A stretch of DNA of 64,000 nt, from IMG/VR virus record IMGVR_UViG_3300034062_005626; one strand, written 5' to 3'. The notes under the pieces were generated by a model. That model ran no database searches. It was not told where the DNA came from and saw only the letters and a list, made by a program, of their open reading frames with translations. The stretch comes from a virus. Its lineage: Duplodnaviria > Caudoviricetes. The position numbers and the translations under genes are program-made. Of the stretch, positions 1 through 10,729 are shown piece after piece (position 1 is the first letter of the stretch; every line of letters starts with the position of its first letter).

Positions 1-2
1 AC

Positions 3-566
3 ATGGGTCCACCTCATTTTTCAAATGACGCTTACGCTTACGCAAAACGTATGGTTGATGTCCAAATACGTGCATATAAAGAACAATACGGTTTAAATTA
101 TAAATCAGTTATACCTACTAATATTTATGGCCCAAACGATAATTATGACATCAAAAATGGTCACGTAATTCCTTCACTAATTCATAAATGTTATTTAGCA
201 AGAGAACATAAAACACCACTAACTATTTGGGGTAGTGGGAATCCACTAAGAGAGTTTATTTTTAGTAGAGATGTTGCTAAATTAACCGAGTGGGTTCTTT
301 TTAACTATGACGAAAACGAACCAATAATACTTTCTACCTCGGACGAGATTTCAATAAAAGAAGTTGTGGGTATAATAGTTGAAATTATGAATTTTAAAGG
401 TGAAGTTAAGTTTGATACAACAAAACCTGACGGACAATATAGAAAACCTTCAGACAACTCCAAAATTAAAAGTTATTTACCTGACTTTAATTTTACAAAC
501 CTTTTTGATGGATTAAAAGAAACTATTGAATATTTTGAAAAATACTATAATGTTGTAAGAAAATAA
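3..566 (+). CDS. fcl: GDP-L-fucose synthase (SDR epimerase/reductase), 5'-truncated at window edge
   Basis: YAYAK catalytic YxxxK, PTNIYGPNDNY, HVIPSLIHK and WGSGNPLREF motifs typical of WcaG/Fcl. Confidence 0.9.
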   Translation: MGPPHFSNDAYAYAKRMVDVQIRAYKEQYGLNYKSVIPTNIYGPNDNYDIKNGHVIPSLIHKCYLAREHKTPLTIWGSGNPLREFIFSRDVAKLTEWVLFNYDENEPIILSTSDEISIKEVVGIIVEIMNFKGEVKFDTTKPDGQYRKPSDNSKIKSYLPDFNFTNLFDGLKETIEYFEKYYNVVRK

Positions 567-570
567 TCAA

Positions 571-1305
571 ATGACAAGAAAAAAAATAACAACAGAAGAA
601 CCTGTAATTCCACAAACATTTTCAAAAAAAGATTTCATAAATGCAACAATCAAAAGAAAACAAAAAAGTAAATTTTTATCTGACAACCAAAAAGACTACT
701 ACGATATTTTATTAAGTAATCAAATTACAATCTGTTCAGGACCTGCGGGTGTTGGTAAAAGTTACATTTCTATGAAAGCAGCTGTCGATTTATTAATTGA
801 CCCATCGAACTCATATGAAAAAATAATTATTGTAAGACCTGCAGTTGAGGCTGAAGAAAAATTGGGTTCCTTACCCGGTAATTTAGAAGAGAAATTAGAC
901 CCTTATATTTTTCCATCTTATTATTTATTAAATAAAATTATTGGTAAGGATGCCAGAGAAAAACTAAAAGAGTCGGAAATAATTGAAGTTTTTGCTTTAG
1001 CATATATGAGAGGTATGAATATTGATAATTCTATTTTAATATTTGAGGAAGCTCAAAACGCAACTCCAAATCAAATTAAATTACTATTGACAAGAATCGG
1101 TTTTAATAGTAAATTTTTCATATCTGGTGACTTGGAGCAAACTGACAGATATAAGGATAAAAAACAATCAGGACTATACGACGCCCTTCAAAGATTTCAA
1201 AATGTAAACGATATTGGAATTTATGATTTTAGAAATGCAAAAAACGTAAGAAACCCATTAATTGGTAAAATTTTAGAAAGATACGATGAAGAAAATAGGA
1301 ATTGA
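571..1305 (+). CDS. phoH: PhoH-family ATPase
   Basis: GPAGVGKS Walker A, RPAVEAEEKLGSLPG, AYMRG, EEAQN, GDLEQTD, VRNPLI PhoH motifs. Confidence 0.95.
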   Translation: MTRKKITTEEPVIPQTFSKKDFINATIKRKQKSKFLSDNQKDYYDILLSNQITICSGPAGVGKSYISMKAAVDLLIDPSNSYEKIIIVRPAVEAEEKLGSLPGNLEEKLDPYIFPSYYLLNKIIGKDAREKLKESEIIEVFALAYMRGMNIDNSILIFEEAQNATPNQIKLLLTRIGFNSKFFISGDLEQTDRYKDKKQSGLYDALQRFQNVNDIGIYDFRNAKNVRNPLIGKILERYDEENRN

Positions 1306-1933
1306 AGTTAATGGCGTGTTAAGAAATACCTTGGGTAAAATTCAACAAACTTATGAAAAGTTTTTGATTGAAAACAACTCAACAGAAAAAACTTATATTT
1401 TGGATGAGTCAGGTAATACTGAATCAATTATACAGGAAGAAGAGTTTGAATACGAGGTGTTAGGTAATATTGACAGCCTTAATTTATTAAACCATTTTAA
1501 GTTTAAGTCTGATGATGAACTTTATGAGTTTTTATATCAAGAATTTGCGATGCAAATATTTGGTCATGCTGAATCTTCAGAGATGCACACATTTCATACC
1601 TTAAATGACATTTATTTAAAATATCGAAGTACAAATGATATTGTAATTATATCTGATGAAATTGGTAAATCTAAACCGGCCACATTATTTTTTTTATCAA
1701 AGTTTGGTTGTCAAATTGAAAAAATTAAATTTTATTCAGACACCACTAAAAACTCAATTTGGGATGAGGTTGATGTTTTAGTTAGTGCAAATCCAAGTTT
1801 AATTGAAGACCATCCAGAAAACAAAGTTGTTATAAAGTTCAATACTCAGTATAACAAAACAAATAAATCTGAACACGAAATCAGTTCACTTAAAGAATTA
1901 GATGAATGTTTACAAAAATTAGGAATATGTTAG
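1286..1933 (+). CDS. HAD-fold 5'(3')-nucleotidase-like protein with degenerate motif I
   Basis: N-terminal IGIEVNGVLRN resembles HAD DxDGVL, but the Asp residues are replaced; overall layout resembles phage 5'-nucleotidases. Confidence 0.5.
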   Translation: MKKIGIEVNGVLRNTLGKIQQTYEKFLIENNSTEKTYILDESGNTESIIQEEEFEYEVLGNIDSLNLLNHFKFKSDDELYEFLYQEFAMQIFGHAESSEMHTFHTLNDIYLKYRSTNDIVIISDEIGKSKPATLFFLSKFGCQIEKIKFYSDTTKNSIWDEVDVLVSANPSLIEDHPENKVVIKFNTQYNKTNKSEHEISSLKELDECLQKLGIC

Positions 1934-2211
1934 AATTTTTAGGTGAAAGATATTATATCGACGTACAGGAGATAGAAAATAAAATTGCAATTGCCAACCC
2001 CACTTTAGAATCAACTGAAGTTGATGGTCAAATTGAACCACACATAAGTGTTTCAAAATGGGAAGTATATAAAAATTTAGTAGATGTTATATTATCCGAA
2101 AGAGAAGAGCTTGATGAAAATTTAGGTATACATAGTGCCAAAAATTTATCAATCCCTTTTAAATTCGCATTCAATACTTTACTAATAAACAACATAATAA
2201 AAAAGTTATAA
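1927..2211 (+). CDS. hypothetical protein (start moved to ATG 1927)
   Basis: ORF tiles between neighbours; ATG at 1927 overlaps the upstream stop. Confidence 0.7.
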   Translation: MLEFLGERYYIDVQEIENKIAIANPTLESTEVDGQIEPHISVSKWEVYKNLVDVILSEREELDENLGIHSAKNLSIPFKFAFNTLLINNIIKKL

Positions 2212-2215
2212 TAAA

Positions 2216-3280
2216 ATGGAATTAGACAAAATTAAAAAAATTGAAACGTCAGTTGAAAAACTTGGAAATAAAACCGCAAGAATTTATTTTTTAGTTCAAG
2301 ACACAAAAGGAAACCCAAAGGCGGGTGTTTCTTACATTTATCAAATGGCAATGTCCTTGTTGAAAAAAGGATTTAACGTAAAAATGATTCACGAAACAAA
2401 TGATTACCAAGGAGTTGGTGATTGGTTAGGTAAAGAATATATGGAAATTGAACATATCGCAATTGAAGGTCAGAATCTTCCTATTTCACCTGAAGATTTT
2501 GTTGTTATTCCTGAATTGTACGCGCACGTTATGGAGCAACTTAAAAATTATCCATGTGGTAAATTGGTGTTGTGTCAAGCATATGATTACATGTTAGAAA
2601 CTTTACCTCCAGGTATTTCATGGGCTAATTATGGATTTTTAAAAAGTATTAGTACTTCTGAATTTCAAAAAGAATATATCAAATCAGTTTTTAAAAATGT
2701 AAGTGTTGACGTTGTTGAACCTCTTATCTCTGAAGTATTCAGTAAAAAAGACAAACCATCAAAGCCAATTGTTTCTATTCACTGTAGAGAACCAAGAGAC
2801 ACTGCAAAAATTATCAAAAGTTTCTATTTGAAATATCCTCAGTATCGTTGGTTTACTTTTAGAGACATGAAAAACATTAGTCAAACAGACTTTTCAAAGT
2901 TTTTAAAAGAATCTTTTGTTTCGGTTTGGGTTGATAGAGAGTCTGGATTTGGTACATTCCCAATCGAAAGTATGATTTCAAACACTCCAGTAATTGGTGT
3001 GGTTCCTAATTTAAAACCTGATTGGATGAATGAAAATAACGGTATTTGGACATATTCTTTTAACGAAATTATAGACGTTTTAGCAAATTTTGCACAAAAT
3101 TGGTTAGAAGACAACATCAACGAAGAGTTGTATACTAAAATGTCTGAAACAGGTGAAAAATATCAAAATAAAGAATTATTTGATAATAAAATTGAATCTT
3201 TGTTTGTTGATTATTTCAACGTAAGAAAAGAAATGTTTAGTCAACAATTAGAAAAATTAAAAATAACTGAAGAAAAATAA
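2216..3280 (+). CDS. GT-B (GT4-like) glycosyltransferase
   Basis: GGV-like N-terminal loop (KAGVSYIY), VVIPE, and ESGFGTFPIESM resembling the EX7E donor-binding motif. Confidence 0.7.
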   Translation: MELDKIKKIETSVEKLGNKTARIYFLVQDTKGNPKAGVSYIYQMAMSLLKKGFNVKMIHETNDYQGVGDWLGKEYMEIEHIAIEGQNLPISPEDFVVIPELYAHVMEQLKNYPCGKLVLCQAYDYMLETLPPGISWANYGFLKSISTSEFQKEYIKSVFKNVSVDVVEPLISEVFSKKDKPSKPIVSIHCREPRDTAKIIKSFYLKYPQYRWFTFRDMKNISQTDFSKFLKESFVSVWVDRESGFGTFPIESMISNTPVIGVVPNLKPDWMNENNGIWTYSFNEIIDVLANFAQNWLEDNINEELYTKMSETGEKYQNKELFDNKIESLFVDYFNVRKEMFSQQLEKLKITEEK

Positions 3281-3284
3281 TATT

Positions 3285-4097
3285 ATGGAAAACTTAGAAA
3301 AATTAGATGTATCGGTAATTCTACCAATTGATTCGGCAAATAATATCATGTTCGAAGATTTATTCAACAGAGCAATTACATCGATTCAAACACAAACCAA
3401 ACCTATTAATGAATTAGTAATTGTTCATTCAGGTGAAGAGTTATTAAAAAATAAATTAGATAATTACGACTTTAGTGGTCTAACAGTTACTATGGTAGAA
3501 AATCAAAATGAATTTGATTTTTGTTCTCAAGTAAATATTGGTGTAAAACATGCCAAAAGTACTTGGATTTCTATTTTAGAATTTGATGATGAATATTCTA
3601 CAATTTGGTTTAAAAATTTTGATAGATATAGTAAATCATATTCTGAAGTTGATGCATTTTTACCTATTGTTGTTGATACTGACGAAAAAGGAGTTTTTGT
3701 TGGGTTTACTAATGAAGCCACATTCGCAGTAAGTATGAACTCAGAAATTGGTTACTTAAATAATGATACACTTTTAAATTATCAAAATTTTCAATCAAGT
3801 GGAATTGTTATTAAAAAGTCAGTTTATGAAGAAAACGGCGGGCTTAAATCAAGTATGAAATTAACTTTTGTATATGAGTTCTTATTAAGATTAACTTACA
3901 ATTCTGTTAAAATTATGACAATTCCAAGAATTGGTTATAAACACATGAATTTAAGACCAGGTTCTATATTTTGGAATTATAAAAATGGGGAAAGTAAGAT
4001 TACAGATGATGAGGTTTCTTTTTGGATTGAATCAGCAAAAAAAGAACATTTTTTTACAACTGATAGGAACATAAAATACGAACCACAAAATGTATAA
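3285..4097 (+). CDS. GT-A (GT2-like) glycosyltransferase
   Basis: VSVILP start, NIGVKHAKSTWISILEFDD (DxD-like), FVYEFLLRL. Confidence 0.75.
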   Translation: MENLEKLDVSVILPIDSANNIMFEDLFNRAITSIQTQTKPINELVIVHSGEELLKNKLDNYDFSGLTVTMVENQNEFDFCSQVNIGVKHAKSTWISILEFDDEYSTIWFKNFDRYSKSYSEVDAFLPIVVDTDEKGVFVGFTNEATFAVSMNSEIGYLNNDTLLNYQNFQSSGIVIKKSVYEENGGLKSSMKLTFVYEFLLRLTYNSVKIMTIPRIGYKHMNLRPGSIFWNYKNGESKITDDEVSFWIESAKKEHFFTTDRNIKYEPQNV

Positions 4098-4840
4098 TGT
4101 TTTTAGAGGAGTCAAACCCTGAACATTTAGACGAAAAGAAAAAGACAGAAAAAAAAAGTAAAAATTATTTTGATGTGAGAGAGGAAGAGGCGGTGAAAGA
4201 TTATATCACCGCCGAAACTCAAATAGAAAAAGAAGAGATTTATAATAAATTTCTTAAAGAACCGTTAGATAAGATGATTGAATCAATCATAAGACGCTAC
4301 AAACTTTATAGAAAAGATATGGAGTATCGAGATTTACATACTGATACACATTCTTTTTTAATGACAAAGGTTGATAAATTTAAACCAGCCAAAAACAAAA
4401 AAGCATATTCTTATTTTGGTACGATTTGTAAGAACTATTTGATGGGTCAAATACAAAAAGACCAAAAAGAAACAAATAGAAAAGTGTCTTATGAAGATAT
4501 TTCACAAGCATTGGAGAACAGACCTGACATGGTTTATTATTTAGAGTTTGAAAAAATTGATGCTGAAAAAATAATAGATATATTTTTAAAAGACTTAAAA
4601 GACCACGTTAAAACTACATCAATGGCAGATGGAGAATTTAAACTTGGAAATGCCTTGATTGAGTTATTTGAAAATTATGGTAATATTTTTATTGGAAATG
4701 ACAACAATAAGTTTAATAAAAATATAGTTTTACTTTCACTTCGAGAAATGACAAATTTATCAACAAAAGAAATAAGAACATATCTAAAAAAATATAAAAT
4801 TCTTTATTTGAATACTATTAGAAGAATAAATAATAATTAA
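4097..4840 (+). CDS. putative phage sigma factor (gp55-like late sigma)
   Basis: KFKPAKNKKAYSYFGTICKNYL resembles sigma-70 region 2.3/2.4; helical, size similar to T4-like late sigmas. Confidence 0.55.
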   Translation: MFLEESNPEHLDEKKKTEKKSKNYFDVREEEAVKDYITAETQIEKEEIYNKFLKEPLDKMIESIIRRYKLYRKDMEYRDLHTDTHSFLMTKVDKFKPAKNKKAYSYFGTICKNYLMGQIQKDQKETNRKVSYEDISQALENRPDMVYYLEFEKIDAEKIIDIFLKDLKDHVKTTSMADGEFKLGNALIELFENYGNIFIGNDNNKFNKNIVLLSLREMTNLSTKEIRTYLKKYKILYLNTIRRINNN

Positions 4841-4860
4841 AATTTATCTATTTATTGAGT

Positions 4861-5235
4861 ATGGATAGAAAGAGAAAAAAAGAAATCGCGTTAAACAAAG
4901 ATTCAGTATTAGGTTTAATGCAAGAGATATACAACGAATTAGTTGAACAAAGGTCAACGGCCATTAGGATTCAAAATAAAATGTTAGCTCTTCTTAAAGA
5001 TGCTGAAGATATGACTGTTATTGGTCCTGTTATAAAAGAACAACAAAAAATCATCAACGACACTATTGAAAAAAAGTTGAGTCTTTCTAAACTTCAATCT
5101 ACAATTTGGGAAAAATCTAACAGTTCTAAAGAAGAAAATTTTTCATTGTCTGATATGGATGAAACAGTTCTTCAAAGTTTAATTCAAAAAGACATTAGTC
5201 AAAATAACGACAATAATTTTACACTTGAAAAATAA
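4861..5235 (+). CDS. hypothetical coiled-coil protein (ATG 4861 preferred to TTG 4855)
   Basis: ORF; TATTTAT motif 5 nt upstream of the ATG. Confidence 0.7.
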   Translation: MDRKRKKEIALNKDSVLGLMQEIYNELVEQRSTAIRIQNKMLALLKDAEDMTVIGPVIKEQQKIINDTIEKKLSLSKLQSTIWEKSNSSKEENFSLSDMDETVLQSLIQKDISQNNDNNFTLEK

Positions 5236-7223
5236 TGGCAAATTTAGACATCAATCAAGGGTATTCACAAGCTAAAAGTAAAATTAGTGCTTACCAAACT
5301 GTAAAACAAAGTAAGGAAGACGACAAAAAACAACAAAAAGAAAAAACAAAGGCTAGTACTGATAAGAAAAAAAGCGAAGTTCAAAAATCAATCAATGATT
5401 TAAAAAAAGGTGGTCAAGACAAAAAAAATCAAATAAAAAATGAAATAAAAAGTCAGTTAGAACAACTTTTAGAGTTATTCAAAGCAACTCTACCAAGTGG
5501 TGGTGGGTCATCTTTAAAACTTTTAACTAACGTTTTTTTACAAGCGGCAACAAACACAAAATCAAAAATACAAGAAACATTAGTAAGTGAAATAGTTTCA
5601 ACAATTGGTTGTTCTGAAGAACAATCATATGGTAGTGTCGCTAACCAACCAATTTATATAAAAGTTAATCAAGTGGATTTATTTAAAATATTAAAAAATT
5701 CACCTGATGACGAAAATTTCAAATATCAATACGAAAAAAATACAACAAATAATGGTTCATTCCCATATGCAATGAATCAACAACTTTATAAAAGATTACA
5801 AAACCCATCACAATCCTTTTTGCAAGATAATACGGGAGGTAATGGTCAAACATATCAAGGAGCATCACAGTCCCAAATTTTTGATATACAATACGTACAA
5901 AATTATTTAGGTCCAAACAACTTACAAGTTACTGGTGATTTTTTCAAAGTAACCTTAAATAATCAAGCTAATAATAGAACGTCAGTTACTGATTTTTTAC
6001 AAGATTATTATAGTAGTATAGACATTATGCCTTTTGATAATTTATCAGTAAACTTAAAAAATTTACTTACAGGTTCTTTTGATTTTTCTGCCGGTTTAAG
6101 TAGTGATGAATTAAAAGAGCAGAGCAAATTTATGACTGTTTTAAAAAGAATCATGGGAATTTGCGAAGACCCGAACAAAAAAATTGATGTCGCGGGGACA
6201 TCAAAACTTAGTGACGTTGATGAAATAGATGATTCTTTTTTTGATGTTACAAACCAAGAATTATTGGTTATTGAGCAAGAAGTTAATAATACCATTGATG
6301 GGGTCGTTGAATTTGAAGGTTGTGAAGGAATTAAATTACCAATAGACGTTTTAGCGGATAGGAAATCTCAAGATGAAATTATTAATGAAAATTCAAACAA
6401 TTCTAAAATAGAAAAATTTGAAAAATCATTAGAAGATATTGCAAATGACCCGAAATGGAAATCTTTGATTCCTGGTCTTGGTTTAGATTTAAACTTATTA
6501 GCTTCACTTCAAAGTAATATTATTTTAGGTCTTCCAAGGATGATTTTAAAAACAATATTATCACCTAAAGTTATGTTAGGTTTTTTAATAATGGTTAAAG
6601 CGATAAAAAATGAAATATCAGAAAAATTAGACGACTTGTTTGATGATTTAACAAACTTCATGAAAACTTTCAAAAAGTTTATTTTGAATTTTATGAAAAA
6701 AATTACATCTATTTTTGTTGAAGAATTGTTTAAGATTCTAAAAAAACAAATTAAAGTTTTGGTCGAAACAATTTTATTGGAGGTCGTTAAGGAAGCAAAA
6801 AATAAACAAATTCGTATGTATGCATCGATAGTGTATATTTTATTAGTTGTTGGTCAGGCGGTTGTGGATTTTAGAAATTGTAAAAGTGTTATAGACGAAA
6901 TATTGAAACTTTTAAATTTAGGTCTTTCACAATTAAGTTTAGGGTTGCCTCAGTTTATATTGGCAGGGTCATCACTACTAGGTGGGGTTTCTGATACAAG
7001 AGCATTTTCAAATGTAATTGAAAACCTTCAAAAACAAGGATTACCCACAGGAGCCGCACCCGATGGTGGACCTAACCTTATGAATATGTCCATGATGTCA
7101 ATGGTCAAGGGTATGAATCAAGAACAAGCTGAAAACGGAAAAACGGAAGTTTTTATTCCACCATTGACTATAACCCCAGCCGGCATTACATTACCATCAA
7201 AAGGATTTGGAAAATCATACTAA
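5235..7223 (+). CDS. hypothetical protein, probably virion/baseplate-associated
   Basis: 662-aa ORF translationally coupled to neighbours, directly upstream of the gp5-like gene. Confidence 0.6.
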   Translation: MANLDINQGYSQAKSKISAYQTVKQSKEDDKKQQKEKTKASTDKKKSEVQKSINDLKKGGQDKKNQIKNEIKSQLEQLLELFKATLPSGGGSSLKLLTNVFLQAATNTKSKIQETLVSEIVSTIGCSEEQSYGSVANQPIYIKVNQVDLFKILKNSPDDENFKYQYEKNTTNNGSFPYAMNQQLYKRLQNPSQSFLQDNTGGNGQTYQGASQSQIFDIQYVQNYLGPNNLQVTGDFFKVTLNNQANNRTSVTDFLQDYYSSIDIMPFDNLSVNLKNLLTGSFDFSAGLSSDELKEQSKFMTVLKRIMGICEDPNKKIDVAGTSKLSDVDEIDDSFFDVTNQELLVIEQEVNNTIDGVVEFEGCEGIKLPIDVLADRKSQDEIINENSNNSKIEKFEKSLEDIANDPKWKSLIPGLGLDLNLLASLQSNIILGLPRMILKTILSPKVMLGFLIMVKAIKNEISEKLDDLFDDLTNFMKTFKKFILNFMKKITSIFVEELFKILKKQIKVLVETILLEVVKEAKNKQIRMYASIVYILLVVGQAVVDFRNCKSVIDEILKLLNLGLSQLSLGLPQFILAGSSLLGGVSDTRAFSNVIENLQKQGLPTGAAPDGGPNLMNMSMMSMVKGMNQEQAENGKTEVFIPPLTITPAGITLPSKGFGKSY

Positions 7224-7428
7224 AATATCACCCGAAAAAGTTTTGGAAGTTTTATCTGAGTATAAAAAAAGACCCAATAAAGAATTAATTGAGGTTTTGG
7301 GGTTCTTATATCAAGATTTTGAAAAAACAAAGGATTTAATACTCAAATTAACTCATCATTTGGACACAACTGAAGATAGTTATAACAAAATTTTAGAAGA
7401 AATAAACAAAAGAACAAATAATATATAA
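7207..7428 (+). CDS. small hypothetical coiled-coil protein (TTG start)
   Basis: ORF tiles between neighbours; stop overlaps the next ATG. Confidence 0.6.
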   Translation: MENHTKISPEKVLEVLSEYKKRPNKELIEVLGFLYQDFEKTKDLILKLTHHLDTTEDSYNKILEEINKRTNNI

Positions 7429-9017
7429 TGCCTGAAAACCAACCTTTAGAGGATAGTCAGATAATATTTTTTGGTGTCTGTGTTGACAATCAAGACCCAT
7501 TAATGCTTGGAAGAATACGATGTAAGCCCATACAAGAAAATATTCAAGCAATGGAAAGGGCAAAACAAGGGTTTGACGAAAATAGTAAAAGTACTTTGAA
7601 TGGTCCTTGGGGTGAAAAAGACCCTTTTATATTTTTACCTTTTTTACCTTATTTTGTTAATCAAGTTCCAAAAGTAGATGAGGCAGTTATGATTATTTAC
7701 TTTAATAATAAACTAACTAAAGGTAAAAATAGATTTTATATTCTTGCACCATACTCATCACCAACAACAATTTTTAAAGAAGACTATAGGTCTTTTAGAA
7801 CCCATACAGATATGGGTAATTCTAATTCAAGAGTAAATTTACCAAATATTAAAGACCCGTACTCTAAAACATACCCGAATAATAATAATACCGGAGTATT
7901 TCCTGAACCTGAAGATATATCAATTAATGGAAGAGGAACTTCCGATATGATAATAAAAAATAATGATTTATTATTAAGAGCAGGAAAACACAAACCATTT
8001 AAAACAGGTGAAATACCAGATTATGATGATAATAGAGCCTTTGTTCAATTATCAAAATTTACAAGTAAATTAAAATATGGTACACCCAAGTCTTATATTA
8101 GATTACAAAGAAATGAACAACAAATAAAATATCTTTTAGAGTATGATGTTTATAACCCTGAAAGTGCTCCACAAGTTTTTCAAGGGGATGTAACAATCTA
8201 TCAACTACCTGATAGAGAATCTAAGGCGACAAAAACAAACCAATTTGAGTGGGACACTGAAATAACAGGAACAACTTTATCTAAAGTAAGAATTATAAAA
8301 ATTGATTCACCATTGGGTATTGATGATTTTGCGAAGTTTGTTTCAGACCAAGTTGTAGCACTAAAAGATAATCCAAGTATTTTAATATCAAATATACCAA
8401 CTAACGCTAATGTAGGTTCAAATAATAATTCAAGTAACGAACTACAATTTCCTTTTTATTATAGACCCTCAAAAAGAATTAGAAATATCATAAAATCACT
8501 ACCCGACCAAAATAACATAACCGATTTTACAAATATGAATCAGTTATTATCAAAAGTATTAATAACTACAACAGATATTAGTCCTGGTTATGGTTTGGTA
8601 TTAGACAGAAAGGTTAGTCCTGAATTACCATTTTTACCATCAAGAGAAGTTTTTACACCAATTGATACTGAAGAAATAGATAATACTGTTGGGTTGATTG
8701 GGGCGTCTCAGTTATATTTACTTTCACATGATTCAGAAAATTCACAAGGTAAAATTACTTTATCAGGTTCTGTTGGAGGGATTAGTCCTGAACAAGTTTT
8801 TGATGAAATAGAACCTAAAACATCATCAATGGTTAGAGGAGAAGAATTGTTGGAACTTTTGGAATCAATTGTTGGGTTTTTAGTTAGTCACGTACATCCG
8901 TACCCGTTATTACCACCATCTGGAGTTTCTTATGATGGTACAAGTATAGACGAATTGACCAAAAAAATGTTAGAAGCATATCAAAAAGTTTTAAACAGTA
9001 ATATTCGGATTAACTAA
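7428..9017 (+). CDS. baseplate hub/spike protein, gp5/VgrG-like N-terminal OB fold
   Basis: FGVCVDNQDPLMLGRIRCK and VPKVDEAVMI motifs of Gp5-N OB domain; C-terminal HVHPY spike-type motif. Confidence 0.75.
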   Translation: MPENQPLEDSQIIFFGVCVDNQDPLMLGRIRCKPIQENIQAMERAKQGFDENSKSTLNGPWGEKDPFIFLPFLPYFVNQVPKVDEAVMIIYFNNKLTKGKNRFYILAPYSSPTTIFKEDYRSFRTHTDMGNSNSRVNLPNIKDPYSKTYPNNNNTGVFPEPEDISINGRGTSDMIIKNNDLLLRAGKHKPFKTGEIPDYDDNRAFVQLSKFTSKLKYGTPKSYIRLQRNEQQIKYLLEYDVYNPESAPQVFQGDVTIYQLPDRESKATKTNQFEWDTEITGTTLSKVRIIKIDSPLGIDDFAKFVSDQVVALKDNPSILISNIPTNANVGSNNNSSNELQFPFYYRPSKRIRNIIKSLPDQNNITDFTNMNQLLSKVLITTTDISPGYGLVLDRKVSPELPFLPSREVFTPIDTEEIDNTVGLIGASQLYLLSHDSENSQGKITLSGSVGGISPEQVFDEIEPKTSSMVRGEELLELLESIVGFLVSHVHPYPLLPPSGVSYDGTSIDELTKKMLEAYQKVLNSNIRIN

Positions 9018-9040
9018 CTATTTATATATAAAATAGTTTA

Positions 9041-10522
9041 ATGTCAATTTACAGGTCATATTTCGATAAAAGTAATACTCTAATACAAAATAGTTACACC
9101 AACACAGGTAGAAACCCTATTGTTGAGTTGTTCTACGGTCGTGTTGATAATTTTAATGCGCCAATAGGGTTTAGTAGATATATTTTTGACTTAGATTTAA
9201 CAGATTTACAGTCAAGAATTTCAGATAAAATTATCACTTCAGGATGTGGAACAAACTTTACCCACACTTTAAGAATGACAAATACGTCATATTTTGATGA
9301 AAATCTTTTAAATTCAACAACATCACAAGGAAGAAGAAGAGCAACATCTTTTGACTTAGTTCTATTTAGAATACCAAAAACTTTAGGAAACTCAGGTGTT
9401 CCTCAAAATTGGGACAGTGGTGTTGGATATGATTACTATGATTATCAAGTAACAAACTTAAATGATAGGTCATATTCGCAAAGAGCGTCCAATTGGTTCG
9501 AAACAACAACGGTAAGTGGTTGGAGTGTTAATGGTATATATGATAATACCAACTCAAAAATTGGTTCATTATCGGGATTAAATTATTCGGCATTAACAAT
9601 CGTAGCAACACAACATTTTGAATTTGGTAATGAAGATATTGAATTTAACATGACAAATGAAATAAATAACATTTTAAATGGTACATTAACAGGTGTCACA
9701 GGATGGGGAATTGCATTTTATCCTAATGTTGAAAATATTAGTGGTTTAACTGAAAATTATTCAGTAGGGTTTTTCTCCCCTCACACTCAAACTTTTTATG
9801 AACCGTTTTTAGAAACTAATTATAACGATTTAATTATTGATGATAGAAACAAATTTTATTCAGGTAATAATAATGAATTGTATTTGTATGTGTATGAAAA
9901 CGGAAATGCTGTTAATTTAGATAATTTACCAACGGTTGATATATTTGACTTGAATGGTGTTGCAGTACCAGGGTTTACGGGATTATCTACTTGCCAAGTA
10001 ACTAAAGGAGTTTACAAGTGTTCGGTAAACAATCTAACAGCATCGACAATACCTTGTTTATATTATGATGTTTGGAAGGGATTGTCAGTAAGTTCTACGT
10101 CAATTTCTAACGTGACTTTAGAATTTGCATTATTGGCTAAAAATGGAAACTTCCAAATAGGTTCTGTTACTCAACAACCAAAAATTTATGGTTTCGAATT
10201 TAATGGGATTAGACAAAACGAAAAAGTATTAAATACTGATATAAGAAAAGTCAACGTAATTATAAAACAAGCGTATTCAACAAACACACCACTAACAACA
10301 GTAGAGGCATATTATAGAATTTATGTAAGAGAAGGTGCAAGTACTGAGGTTCAAGTACAAGATTGGACAAGAGTCAATGAAGTTCCTGATGGGTTTTATT
10401 TTATTTTTGACACCACAGATAAAATACCAAATGAATATTTTGTTGATATTAAAGTTGTAAGTGATAGAAATGTTGATACTTATAAAAGAGAATTACAGTT
10501 TCAAATTGTAAATAAAAAATAA
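9041..10522 (+). CDS. putative virion structural protein (beta-rich)
   Basis: 493-aa Thr/Asn/Gly-rich ORF with late motif upstream, next to baseplate genes. Confidence 0.55.
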   Translation: MSIYRSYFDKSNTLIQNSYTNTGRNPIVELFYGRVDNFNAPIGFSRYIFDLDLTDLQSRISDKIITSGCGTNFTHTLRMTNTSYFDENLLNSTTSQGRRRATSFDLVLFRIPKTLGNSGVPQNWDSGVGYDYYDYQVTNLNDRSYSQRASNWFETTTVSGWSVNGIYDNTNSKIGSLSGLNYSALTIVATQHFEFGNEDIEFNMTNEINNILNGTLTGVTGWGIAFYPNVENISGLTENYSVGFFSPHTQTFYEPFLETNYNDLIIDDRNKFYSGNNNELYLYVYENGNAVNLDNLPTVDIFDLNGVAVPGFTGLSTCQVTKGVYKCSVNNLTASTIPCLYYDVWKGLSVSSTSISNVTLEFALLAKNGNFQIGSVTQQPKIYGFEFNGIRQNEKVLNTDIRKVNVIIKQAYSTNTPLTTVEAYYRIYVREGASTEVQVQDWTRVNEVPDGFYFIFDTTDKIPNEYFVDIKVVSDRNVDTYKRELQFQIVNKK

Positions 10523-10542
10523 ACGTATATTTATAAAATAAA

Positions 10543-10725
10543 ATGGCAACTACAAGCGCAAATACCGAAGTCACAATATGTGAATATATATGTACAACAG
10601 GAGGAACAGGGAGTTCTGTTGTTGTTGTGAAACCACCACACCCTAATTATAGTGATGTAACAGGAGGAACTGTTGTTCAGTTGAATATGGTAACTATTGG
10701 TGGATTTAACGGATTAAATTCTTAA
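10543..10725 (+). CDS. small hypothetical late protein
   Basis: 60-aa ORF with TATTTAT upstream and A-rich start context. Confidence 0.6.
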   Translation: MATTSANTEVTICEYICTTGGTGSSVVVVKPPHPNYSDVTGGTVVQLNMVTIGGFNGLNS

Positions 10726-10729
10726 AAAA

